A DNA stretch of 50,095 nt from Girardia tigrina (taxonomy: Eukaryota): contig MQRK01226795.1 in the NCBI GenBank assembly GCA_001938485.1, forward strand, positions 24,680 to 74,774. The letters run 5' to 3'. The translations under genes and the position numbers were made by a program. Below, in pieces: positions 35,771 through 47,118 of the stretch. Under the pieces are notes generated by a model that was not told the DNA's origin, ran no database searches, and saw nothing but the letters and a program-made list of their open reading frames with translations. Each line of letters begins with the position of its first letter. The first letter of the stretch is position 1.

Positions 35771-36500
35771 ATANNNNNNNNNNNNNNNNNNNNNNNNNNN
35801 NNNNNNNNNNNNNNNNNNNNNNNATATATATATATATGTGTATATATATTAGGGTGGTCGCAAGAAATCGATGTTGGAATGTCTCTGACGGGAACCCCTA
35901 AAAAGTTGTCAATTGGTATAAAAATGAGAATGTGAAAGTCTCAACTCGATCGGATAAGGTTAAGACCTACCTCATCAGCTCTAAAGTATTAAAATCCACT
36001 GTTTTTTTTCAAAAAATTGAGGATTTTCCGCTATAAAATTAGAACGGCCTATCCTAGGAACTTTTTATTATAGTGTAGTGTAGTGTACATGTACGTATAT
36101 GCGTGCGTATTCGAAAGAAGAAAAAATAAATTTTCTATTCATCGTTATTCCATTGAATTCTGAGCCTTTTATCAATGAGTCAACCTGACAAAAAATGTCA
36201 CGCACACAAACTACAGTGAACTGACTTCTAATTACAAGCAGGTGTTCGAGTGGGCCTACAATGTAGGCCCTACACATAGAGTATGTCAAAAAGGGTCTTT
36301 GTGAGTGAGTGTCTTAGTATGAGACTGTCTTTAATGTTAGGCGACAGTAGCAAGTGTGTGGGTGCTTTTTACTGGGAATTCTCGGAATTGAGTGTACTGA
36401 ATGACTGTTCCTACACGTATATAAGGCTTTTTTGTTCAAGGGTATGTCATTTTCTGTTCATTCCATTGTATTATGAGGTGAGTGTTTCCATCAGAATTTA

Positions 36501-38073
36501 CAGTAGTGCTCAAAAATAACCGGACGCAGTGAAAATTGGCTATATCTCTTGAATGGTATTAAATATATTAATGAAATTTTGCCAAAATGTGTAGCTTAAC
36601 AGTTTGATATCTTTCATAAAAAATTAAATTATTGATAAATCAATAAATTCTTTAATAAAATCTGTTTTTGTAATTCATTTCGCTCATAAATAGTCGGACA
36701 TTTTTTTTGCTCACAAATTCACAACAGTAGTGTTAATATCATTTGATAATGAGATTTCAAACTGGTCCAAGAAAACGTCAATTAACCATTGAAGAAAGAA
36801 AGAATGTTCTAGTGGCTTACAATNGCCTTTTATCTATAAGAAAGACATCTGAGCTTCTCAAAGTACCAAAGTCAACAGTTGGTGACATAAAATTGTCAAA
36901 GGTGCGTGGCACTGCTTCTCAATTGCCAAGATGTGGCCGACCAAGAAAAACTTATAATAAAGAAGATAAAATGATTAAAAGGATATCACAATCGAATCCT
37001 AGACTAACAGCTGTTGATATAAAGTCTGAAATTTCATCTTTTCATGGAATTAATGTTCATGTTTCAACTGTCANNNNNNNNNNNNNNNNNNNNNNNNNNN
37101 NNNNNNNNNNNNNNNNNNNNNNNNNNNNNNNNNNNNNNNNNNNNNNNNNNNNNNNNNNNNNNNNNNNNNNNNNNNNNNNNNNNNNNNNNNNNNNNNNNNN
37201 NNNNNNNNNNNNNNNNNNNNNNNNNNNNNNNNNNNNNNNNNNNNNNNNNNNNNNNNNNNNNNNNNNNNNNNNNNNNNNNNNNNNNNNNNNNNNNNNNNNN
37301 NNNNNNNNNNNNNNNNNNNNNNNNNNNNNNNNNNNNNNNNNNNNNNNNNNNNNNNNNNNNNNNNNNNNNNNNNNNNNNNNNNNNNNNNNNNNNNNNNNNN
37401 NNNNNNNNNNNNNNNNNNNNNNNNNNNNNNNNNNNNNNNNNNNNNNNNNNNNNNNNNNNNNNNNNNNNNNNNNNNNNNNNNNNNNNNNNNNNNNNNNNNN
37501 NNNNNNNNNNNNNNNNNNNNNNNNNNNNNNNNNNNNNNNNNNNNNNNNNNNNNNNNNNNNNNNNNNNNNNNNNNNNNNNNNNNNNNNNNNNNNNNNNNNN
37601 NNNNNNNNNNNNNNNNNNNNNNNNNNNNNNNNNNNNNNNNNNNNNNNNNNNNNNNNNNNNNNNNNNNNNNNNNNNNNNNNNNNNNNNNNNNNNNNNNNNN
37701 NNNNNNNNNNNNNNNNNNNNNNNNNNNNNNNNNNNNNNNNNNNNNNNNNNNNNNNNNNNNNNNNNNNNNNNNNNNNNNNNNNNNNNNNNNNNNNNNNNNN
37801 NNNNNNNNNNNNNNNNNNNNNNNNNNNNNNNNNNNNNNNNNNNNNNNNNNNNNNNNNNNNNNNNNNNNNNNNNNNNNNNNNNNNNNNNNNNNNNNNNNNN
37901 NNNNNNNNNNNNNNNNNNNNNNNNNNNNNNNNNNNNNNNNNNNNNNNNNNNNNNNNNNNNNNGATATCAAACTGTTAAGCTACACATTTTGGCAAAATTT
38001 CATTAATATATTTAATACCATTCAAGAGATATAGCCAATTTTCACTTCGTCCGGTTATTTTTGAGCGCTACTG
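36501..38073 (+). mobile_element. Young Tc1-family transposon of IR/DR type nested in the hATm
   Basis: TA TSD; TIRs start CAGTAG and differ at 2 positions over the roughly 110 bp visible; inner direct repeat GCTCATAAATAGTCGGAC at about 36682; transposase N-terminus with PKSTVGDI, PRCGRPRKT, NPRLTA; catalytic region lies in the N gap. Confidence 0.93.
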
Positions 38074-38211
38074 TATATGTAGTTAACATATGGTAGTTAT
38101 AGGACTAAGCATACTTTTGTTGTTCGTTCAATTCTTTGCAGGGAACCACATCAAAGTAATGTTTCAATATAAGTTTTTAATATTAAATGTTTGTTTTTTA
38201 ATGCTGTAATA

Positions 38212-40618
38212 ATGGAATCACGACCTTCAAAATCGTCGTTTACAGCTTCAAGGATGTCAGTTCCAGGCAGAAAGACAAGATTTTTCTGATTGGATGATGT
38301 CCCATCAAATTAATGGCAGTAAGTTGCCATCCAATAGTGAAGTTTTACGCAGTTTGTTTTACAATAAACGCCAAGTTAAACTATCCAGGAAGTTCTTCTT
38401 TTTTGGCAGAAAGCTAAGATAACTACCAAACATTTAAAGATTGAATTGCGAAGCTTGAAAACTTCACGAGGATTAGAGAAAACTGCAAAAAAATGCAACC
38501 AGAAGCGCAAGTCAAGCTCAAAGTAAGAAAGTGGAAGCTTTTAAGTCAGGGCTTGAAGACCTGTTTGATATTGCACATCAGGACGCACTTAACAACATTA
38601 ATGAATAAGACAAACAGTTTTTGCTCCTTCAGAGACAAAAGGGACCTATTGGCTGTATGGGAGGAGTTGATGTAAAATTCCTACGAGCAGAAGAACGAAG
38701 AGTACAGAGAAAAGCAGCTGAAAGGATGAGACTTAAAAAATCAAAACTGAATCCTATGCGTAAGCCTGAATTGAAGTTTTAGTGTTGTATTTGACACTTA
38801 CCTGCATGTATTCTGTTGTTTTCTAGATGAAGATTTAGAGATGGAATTTTTCAACACAAGCAGTGTCTCAGAAGAAGAGTACATAGAATGGAAGGATCAT
38901 GATGATTTTCAGGACCCAGGTATCGACTCATCACAATCGAAGAAAAGAAAATACTTGCAAAGAAGTCGCGAAATTATTACAGAGAAGTTGTCAGTATTGT
39001 TAGATAGATGTAATATTTCGGATAGAGACGCAGTTAGAATTGTTTCGGCTACTGCCGAAGCATTAGGGCAAGATCCACAGAAGTTAACAGGCAGTAGATC
39101 CACCGTACGACTCCGCAGACAGAAATTTCGAGAGGAAAGAGTAAAGATTATTAAGAATAGGTTTAAAAATTTAGATTTACAAGGTGCTGTCGTACACTGG
39201 GATGGGAAATTTCTGTCACATATATTACATAAAGAAAATGTAGAGAGGTTTGCAATTTTAATAAGTTGTGGTGATGAAGAGCAGTTGATAGGAGATCCAC
39301 AGATGGAAAATAATATGGGGTGTAATCAGGCAAAAACTGTTTTTTCTGAAGTGAAAAAATGGGGGCAGTAAAGAAAAAATAGAAGCAATGTGTTTTGACA
39401 CTACTGCTACCAATACTGGTCGTTTGAAAGGGGCCTGTGTTTTATTAGAACAGTTATTTGAAAAAGATCTTTTATATTTGGCATGTCGCCACCACATCTT
39501 AGAAATAATACTGAAGGAAGTTTTTGATTGCAAAATGGGTTCAACTACTACCCGTCCACCTGATATTTTTAAAAGATTTCAGACAGGATAGTCCAAAATT
39601 GAAAAAAGAAAATATAAAATTGGTCTTCATGATGAACAGACGAAATTAAAAATAAATGTGGTTGATCTCGACCAGATGTATAGTTTTCTTTCAGAGCAAA
39701 TACAAAAACCACGGCATCAGCCCAGAGAAGATTATAAAGAATTTTTACAGTTGTGTTTTATTTTTTTAGGCCGTGTTGCTCCATAAAGCATTTCTTTCAG
39801 AGCTCCAGGTGCCATGAATCACGCTATTCGGATGGCAAAAGCCATATACTCCCTAAAAATTTTCATTTTCAGAGATCAATATTGTTTAAGTGACTCCGAG
39901 ACAGATGTCATCAGAAGTATTTGTTTATTCATAATTAATGTTTTTGTCAAAGTATGGTTTAATGATCCTAGAGCTACATTGGCTTCCAACCAAGATTTAC
40001 AGTTGTTGAAAACCTTAATTAATTATGGAAAAATTGATGGAGACATTGCAGAAGTGGCATTGTCTAAACTTATAAATCATTTGTGGTATTTGAACTTAGA
40101 GCAAGTTACTTTCGCCTTTTTTTGATAAAAGTTTAGACAAACAAATCAAAATAAACATGGCTATAAAACTATTGTCTTTTCAGCAAAACAGTGATGATGA
40201 TGAGATAAGTAAGGTCATTGAGCTTGAGGAAGAAAACACAGAAGACACAAGGATAGTTAAAGTCAAAATTGCTTTGAAAGAAGCGCATTCTTTTTTGGAC
40301 AAAGAAGTCGATTACTTTATTACACCAAAAACATTCAACTTCTTCAAAAGGTTTAACATTTCAACTCATTTCTTACATTCCCATCCGGATGTATGGAATG
40401 AAGATCAGGATTTTTTGATGGAACAGAGAATTGTCAACCGTTTCAGGGTTGTAAACGACACAGCCGAAAGGGGTATCAAATTAATTCAAGACTACAATGC
40501 CAGCATAACAAAAGATGAAGAGCCGAAGCAGTATGTTTTGCAAGTAGTTGATGAATATCGAAAATTATTCCCAGATACAACGAAATTTGCCCTCTCAAAA
40601 CCTCTACTGCCTATTTAA
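38212..40618 (+). pseudogene. hATm-type transposase with one intron (38760-38826), multiple stops and frameshifts
   Basis: VVHWDGK, CFDTTATNTG..GAC, LACRHHILE, PREDYKEFL, HAIRMAKAIY, HLWYL, VVNDTAERGIKL; GTAAGC...TTCTAG intron. Confidence 0.9.
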
Positions 40619-41672
40619 TTATGATGACTCAATCTGACAAATCTACTTAGCAATTCGACCAATCTATCTATTTCTTTGTTCTGATAATTTGGATATAAAA
40701 CCTATTCTGATGTTGCTATTTCTTATTCCTGTAGTTTGTGTTTGAAATGTTCAAGTTATTTTTGTCAATTCATTATGGTTTGATTACAATAAATATTCGG
40801 ATTCGTATTTCAATGTTTCCTCCTCCTCTATCGCACTCCTTTTACCTCCCTGGTTGAAAATCTATTTATTAAAAAGCGTCTTACTTCAAAATTGAAGCCA
40901 AGAGTATTCTCTACAAAACTAAATATCCAAGTTTCTAGGATAAACCGTTCAATTTTCTGGAAAAAAAGTTGTTTTTTAATATTTTAAGTCTGAAGAGGCA
41001 GGTCTTAATGTCACCCAATCGAGCTGAAACTTTTACAATCTCATTTTTACATTAATTGGCAACTTTTTAGGGGTTTCCGTCAAAGTTACGACACAAAAAA
41101 ATATTTCTCCGTGTGCCTTGCGACCACCCTAATATATTAAGTTGGGGAAAAAGTAATCCATTATTTTAATTCATTATTTTAATCCATTATTTTAATTCAT
41201 TATTTATTGATCAAACAATTTCAAATTTATGATCTTTGTTAAGGTAACATTTCACAGTAATTTCACAAAATTTTTTTTGCCTTTTTTTATTCAGTTCTGA
41301 GTTACAGGGTGTTAAAAATAGAAGTCAACAAAGAAAATATTCGGTACATTTTACAGTTTTTATTCGATAAAGGAGAAAATGCAAGCCAGGCAGCTGTTAT
41401 TGTGAATGGTGTTTATGGTACCAATACTGTAACAGCTAATTACACGCAAATTTGATTTCGTCGATTCCGTGGAAGCATTTTTGATGTTAAAGATGTACCT
41501 CTTACTGGCAGGCCTATCGCTGAAAATGTCGATAAAATCTCGGCAATGATCAAAGTTGACCGGCATGTGAGTAGTCGTAGTATCGCACAGGAGCTGAAGA
41601 TCGACCGTAAAACGGTTTTAAACCATTTTGGCAAAGCAGGATTCAAAAAAAATTGATGTTTGAGTTCCACAC

Positions 41673-42466
41673 TGACGTGACTAGGGTCACCGATATCGGT
41701 CGCGTGGATTATCGCGTCAGCCCTGGTCACGTTAGATTTGCCGCCAGCGTGACAGAATCCGTTTTTTGTGGTGATTGTTGTTTTCATTGTCACTTTTCGC
41801 GGAATTCAAGGCGAATGGAAGCAGGTCATTTGACCCATCGATTTGACTCGAGCGTTTGGTCGATTCTTCACTCGAATAATTGATTGATCTCGGTTCTTCA
41901 TTGTTTGGATGAAATATATCTGAGATAAATTTCATTTTGGGCGGATTCAATGGATAGTCCATCGGGAATGATCCGTGATTCGCATTCAATCCCCGCGCAA
42001 ATGCGCCATTTAAACCGCCGGTTAGATCGTTTTGATTCGATCTGTTGACAGCGGCGATCGATGAGGGATGAAAAGCACTGGTATATGCACATAGTATATC
42101 ATAGAAAGAACTGACATTTATTGACTAGAAATATATTTGAATTTCATACATTTGTACAAACTTTACTGATTTAATAAAACAAATTTATATCTTCGCAAAT
42201 TACTGTTAATTGTTTTTTTTAGCAATTATTGGGAAACGAAAATTCAATGTTTTTCGGTAATGTTTTTTTTTTGATCATTCAAAAATTTTCAATTGTTTTA
42301 AAAAATTTTTAAATACTCATCTGAATTTTTCAGTTTTAAAAATTTCAGGGGTCGCAAATCCAATTAAGAAATTTTTTCAAAATTAAAAATCAAAAAATTA
42401 AATTACATATCACTTAAAAAACTCTTAATTGGTTGCTACTGCTGATGCGATTTAGTGAACACTACA
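41673..42466 (-). mobile_element. 794-bp solo-LTR-like cassette carrying host gene fragments
   Basis: Minus-strand termini TGTAGTG...CACGTCA; 5-bp TSD CACAC/TACAC; removing it restores mariner GTT CCA CAC CAA TTA (VPHQL); terminus has a relative at 12996. Confidence 0.9.
41902..41971 (-). pseudogene. Captured fragment of a ubiquitin-conjugating enzyme E2 (UBE2G/Ubc7-like)
   Basis: SFPMDYPLNPPKMKFISDIFHPN matches the E2 core motif FPxDYPxxPPKhxF..hFHPN; similarity stops right after HPN, before the catalytic Cys region. Confidence 0.85.
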
Positions 42467-43220
42467 TACACCAATTAACTCCAAAAAACATGATCGAATT
42501 TCCATCTGCGAAGCATTGGTCAAACAAAATGAAATCGACCAATTTCTTAAACGGATGGTTACTGGGCATGAGAAATGGGTTACATATGACAATATCGTAC
42601 GAAAACGATCGTGGTCAAAGCACGGTGAAGCCTCTCAAATGGTCGCCAAACGACCAGGAAGGTTCTACTGTGTATTTGGTGGGACTGGAAAGGAATCATT
42701 TATTATGAGTTGCTTCCGTATGACCAAACACAGAATTTAGATCTGTACTGTCACCAACTGGACCTTTTGAAGATAGCAATTGATGAGAAACGACCAGAAT
42801 CTGCCAAAAGAAGAGGTGTTGTGTTCCATCACGACCTCTCTAGACCACATACATCTGTAGTGACTCGCCAGAAACTCATGGAGCTTGGTTGGGAAGTTTT
42901 AATGCATCCACCATATAGTCCGGACCTGGCACCAAGCGATTACCACCTTTTTCTCGCATTGCAAAATTTCCTGAGTGATAAGAAATTGGGATCAATAGAA
43001 GATTGTGAAAATCTATTACTACAACTTTTCGCCAATAAGGACCTAGACTTCTACGAGAGAGGCATTATGAAGCTACCTTCAAAATTGCAAATAATTATAC
43101 AACAAAACGGTGCAAATTTGACTCCAAGAGGACAATCCGAAACATGTTAAATAAAGTTTTGAATTTCACGCATAAATAATGGATTTCTTTTTCTCCAACC
43201 TAATACATATATATGTGTAT

Positions 43221-44755
43221 ATAGAATTTAGAAACTTATTTTTGAAGGATTTTACTCAATCTATTTTCTCCAAACTTTGCACAGTTACTCATTTTTGATG
43301 ATAATCAATGGTAATGTGAAAATGTGATAAAAAACTTTCTAAGGTTTTAGACAGAGAAAACGGCCAAATCGGAGTTCCTGAACAATATTAATACGAAAAG
43401 ATCTACTTATTTATAATTAATTATTATTTATAATAATTATTTATAATTATAAGTAGTTTATATTAAGCAAAAAAATTAAATGTAATAGTAATTTTCCCTT
43501 CAACAAAAGATAACAAAAAATTCTCTGGTTCAAGTAGAGTTCTACCAGCATAAAGAATGGATATAAATTTTTTTTGATTTACTAGTTGAATTATTACATG
43601 TTATTTTCAACGTGTAAAAAATTATTAATATCAAAAATATTTATTTAAAATTTTTTTACAAAAAGAATTTTTAGTCAAGAAATCGTAGCAAAATTAATTC
43701 AAATGTGTATTTTTACATCAAAAATGTTGTCCCACCCCATATTCATTCCAAAGTCATCGAATTTCTAAAGGGAGCCAATTTGTTTCTGTTGTCACAGATA
43801 CATCAAATCACGGAAATATAAAACTACTTCCTATAGTTTTCCGCACTTACAATCCTATTCATCTAGTACTAAATAAGAAGATCTCAACTGTTTCAATTCC
43901 TGATGAAAAATCTGAAACAATTGCCAATGAAATCATCAAAGGCACCAAAAGAACTCAATTTAAACGAAACACTATCTGTTTCTCAGCTGGTAATATCAGT
44001 CTTAATTTCAGTGGTTTATATCGACAGAGGAACTTCATCAACCAATTATTGGAAGTGGTTGCAGTACCAATATTATCTACAATAATCCAAGCGGAAGAAG
44101 TGAAGTTCTGAAATTTGACATTGAAATCTTAGTTTACAAAATATACAAAATCATCAAGATCTTTACAACCAGAACAACTGCATTTAAAAATTTTTGCGAA
44201 AAAATGGAACACGTCTACCTACCACTGAAATGTCATTTGTCAACTTGTTTTATTTTACTTTCTCCAGTAATTGATCAAATAATTGAAATATATGATCCGT
44301 TAAAAGAATATTTTGATTCGTTTGAAGACAAAACTGAGTCAGTGTTGAAGAGCTTTTTTACACTCGTTACCAACAAATTCTGGCTGTTGTTTCTCCGAAA
44401 TCAATTAAAGCTAATTAATGACACTATCGGTCGGCAGTTGCAGTATTTGAGATCTCAACTGAGATGCGAATTTTTAAATCAAAATTAGCTAATCAAAGAC
44501 TAGACAAAACTTTACCACAAGATGCTCGTTTGGAATTTAACAAATTAAATAGAGTTACACAGCGAATTTTATTTCCTTATTAATCAAATTTGGGTGGATA
44601 ACAAGATTTCCATTTATGTCAACACGGTTGATGCCATTTTGTCACTGCAATATAATAGTGATTTAACATGCTCAGAATTCTACAAAGACGTAAATGCAAA
44701 TTATGAGGCCCTTCGTAAAATTATGTCACAAGGAAAATATGTAAATGAGGAATAA
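43221..44755 (+). mobile_element. Decayed hAT-like transposon remnant
   Basis: Terminal repeat shared with 7250-7575; FVSVVTDTSNHGNIKLLPIVFR, FSAGNISLNFSG, LLSPVIDQIIEIYDPLKEYF, FWLLFL. Confidence 0.7.
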
Positions 44756-44777
44756 ATTTTAATTTATTATAGATTAA

Positions 44778-44817
<40 letters not shown>

Positions 44818-44820
<3 letters not shown>

Positions 44821-45531
44821 AGGATTTATCTATAGGACTGGGAGGGGGCATCAACCATCTCACGCCCCTTTTGGATTCTAAATGACGCCCCCAAGATGAA
44901 TTTTATAAATGTGTAGTTTTGTGTACAAGAATTAGCTGCATTATGATTAAGCTTCATCCTTAACACTGACACAAGGTCTGTGATGTAGAAGAACTAAATG
45001 GATTTGTTTGGTATGTATTGTTAACGTGTACACTGAAACATATTGCTGCTGATGCTTTGCTATTTGTAATATTACCATGTCGTGTTGTTAGACATAGATA
45101 ATGCAGTAGGCTAGCAGGCATAATATTTTTGGGCAGTGAAGAATACTACTGAGACTTAAGATTTAACTTTCCACTTGCTGCTTGTACAAGTTTTGTCTGT
45201 CTAAAAATTCCAACGGGGTTAATACACTCCAGTTACCACTCTACACTACAGCCATTTATTAATATTAAATATATCCAGGGCATAACGGCACTTTTAGTTG
45301 TAAGCTGTAGCTTGTAGTAGCAGTGCTTGTACACAAGTGATTGTACATCAGTTATTTATTTTTTGGTGCTGCCTACCGCTGGAACAAGATAGCGGGGAGC
45401 GTACAAATCGTGTATATTATAGTATTTAATCAATATTAAAATTAATACGTTTAGTACTACCTTTATCCTTTTTGGCGCCCCCTGGAAGTTTTATCGGCCC
45501 TCCCACGCATCAAAATCTAAATACGCCACTG
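44818..45531. mobile_element. Non-autonomous hAT-like element in a (TA)n tract
   Basis: Right end ...CTAAATACGCCACTG (CAGTGGCG-type terminus); degraded left end TGGAGGATTTA; GC-rich CGCCCC subterminal motifs at both ends. Confidence 0.6.
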
Positions 45532-46599
45532 ATATATATATATTATTTGTAATAAAAAGTAGAAGCTGAAATGTCCTTGAATTTTTCAAAAATGTCCCGC
45601 TTTTTTCCAAATAGCATGGTTGCCTTAATTGTTAAAGAATATAAATTGCTAATAAATGAAACATTTTACCTACGTGATCATTTTTATTATGAAACTTGTT
45701 TATGGCTTTCACTTCTCAAAGTAATAAGGATCGTTAATAATTTTTCTTGTAAATAATTCATCGATTGTCGCGCATTTATAAGACAAGTACACAATGATTA
45801 TTTTTTCAACTAAATTTGAAGAATTCCGAAACTTATAAATTATAAAGTGACAGTAGTTTAATTTTATTTCTTATCTTTATTTTAAAAGTCACTCAATTTA
45901 TCTTTACTTTAAAGGTTTATGGCAGTATATTGTAAAAGACACTTAGGAGATTACTTCATCATTTGTTTCTATTTCCTGCAGCAATGATATTTCCATACTG
46001 AACTAGCTACGTAACATGTCTTTCTTCTGTCTCGTTGTTTGTTTAAAGTAAACATTGTTATTGTTTTTAAAATACAACTCAATTCAATGTGGTCTTCTAC
46101 TAAAAATGACTTTCCCTCAATAAATATATTCAGATATACTCCGGGGGTTTGATATAGTTATTTAGTTTGTTTTAATTCCCTTCTCCCTTTAAAACAATAC
46201 ACAAACAAAAAGTTATCTTTACAGTTTATATTAGTAAGTTCAATTCACATTCACCAAATTTTGAATTATATTTTTATTCTTATAATTTAAAAAATTAATT
46301 TCTATTATGAAATTTTATTTATAAGAGATTCTTTTAGCAGTTATTGAATCAACAAAATTCAACTCACATTCCGTGAAATCCATCCACAGACAAATATTAA
46401 TCGATTTAAACTCTTATGTAATCCTTAAAAAAATATACACATGAACCTCATGTAACTTGTAGTGAGGTTTGAATTAGTTATGAAAAAATATGTGAATTTA
46501 TATCAAAATTTTGTGGAAACTACAATTTTTAAATCGCCTTACAACATGTAGATTAAATGCATGATAAAAGACTGAATCTAATTTGTTTTAATATTCACT

Positions 46600-46887
46600 G
46601 AATTTAACTTGGCGCGCGTTATTGGTGCTATTAAATAAACGTTTGTGCGTGTATTCATTGATTCGTTATTATTCGTGCTACAAGCTATCAGGGCATGACG
46701 GAGATTAAATTAATTCTGGAAGTGTCGCCGAAGTTCAACGGGATCGATTCAGATTCTAATTAATTTTTCGATAAGTTTGAACTTGTATGTTCGATCCGAA
46801 GCTGCGACAAATTGGAAAAAATAGTACCGCTGCTATTTTATGATGAACCTATCGCCAACTTATCCGACGAAATCAAGGAGTCCTATA
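46600..46887 (+). mobile_element. Gypsy 5' remnant: LTR end, degenerate iMet-type PBS and gag start
   Basis: AATAAAC...GTGCTACA (46682), then AGCTATCAGGGC (compare TGGTATCAGAGC) and MTEIKL..PKFNG..FFDKFELVCSIR...LEKIVPL; same gag type as 5495-5800. Confidence 0.7.
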
Positions 46888-47118
46888 CACTGTGCTAGTA
46901 CATTAGAAATGTGCGGCACAATGTGCACTATCGATTAGTACTTTAAAAGTATTGATTAGCACCTCTGGGCACTGTGCAGCGAATGATTAGCACTTTTCTT
47001 TTGGTTGCTATGGAAAGGGTGACGGTTGCTAAGGTAACAACGATCGTTGCCATGGCAACGGGCTACCAACCTCCCTCCGGGGGGGGTCTCTTGAGGAGAA
47101 TGCCCATTTTCCCCTACT
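46888..47118 (+). mobile_element. CACTGTG-ended repeat, short copy (inverted relative to 49279-49766)
   Basis: CACTGTGCTAGTACATTAGAAATGTG...GATTAGCAC repeats...GTTGCCATGGCAAC...CCCATTTTCCCCTACT. Confidence 0.8.

Larger units (their letters stand above)
35850..41131 (+). mobile_element. Full-length hATm-type transposon, defective, containing a nested Tc1
   Basis: TIRs TAGGGTGGTCGCAAG / CTTGCGACCACCCTA; imperfect subterminal inverted repeats of about 170 bp (35887-36062 vs 40930-41081); inserted in a TA tract. Confidence 0.92.
41137..43203 (+). mobile_element. mariner (DD34D) transposon, defective, split by an LTR-like cassette
   Basis: TIRs TTAAGTTGGGGAAAAAGTAATCCATTATTT / AAATAATGGATTTCTTTTTCTCCAACCTAA with TA on both sides; transposase 41318-43150 (EVNKENIRYILQF.FDKG, TGRP, VPH|QLT, TGHEKW, HHDLSRPH, HPPYSPDLAPSDYHLF). 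Confidence 0.96.

Noticed and set aside
41732-41989. Functional ubiquitin-conjugating enzyme gene
   Set aside because: Only 23 codons of the E2 fold, no catalytic Cys, no other E2 exons nearby, and it sits inside a TSD-flanked insert.
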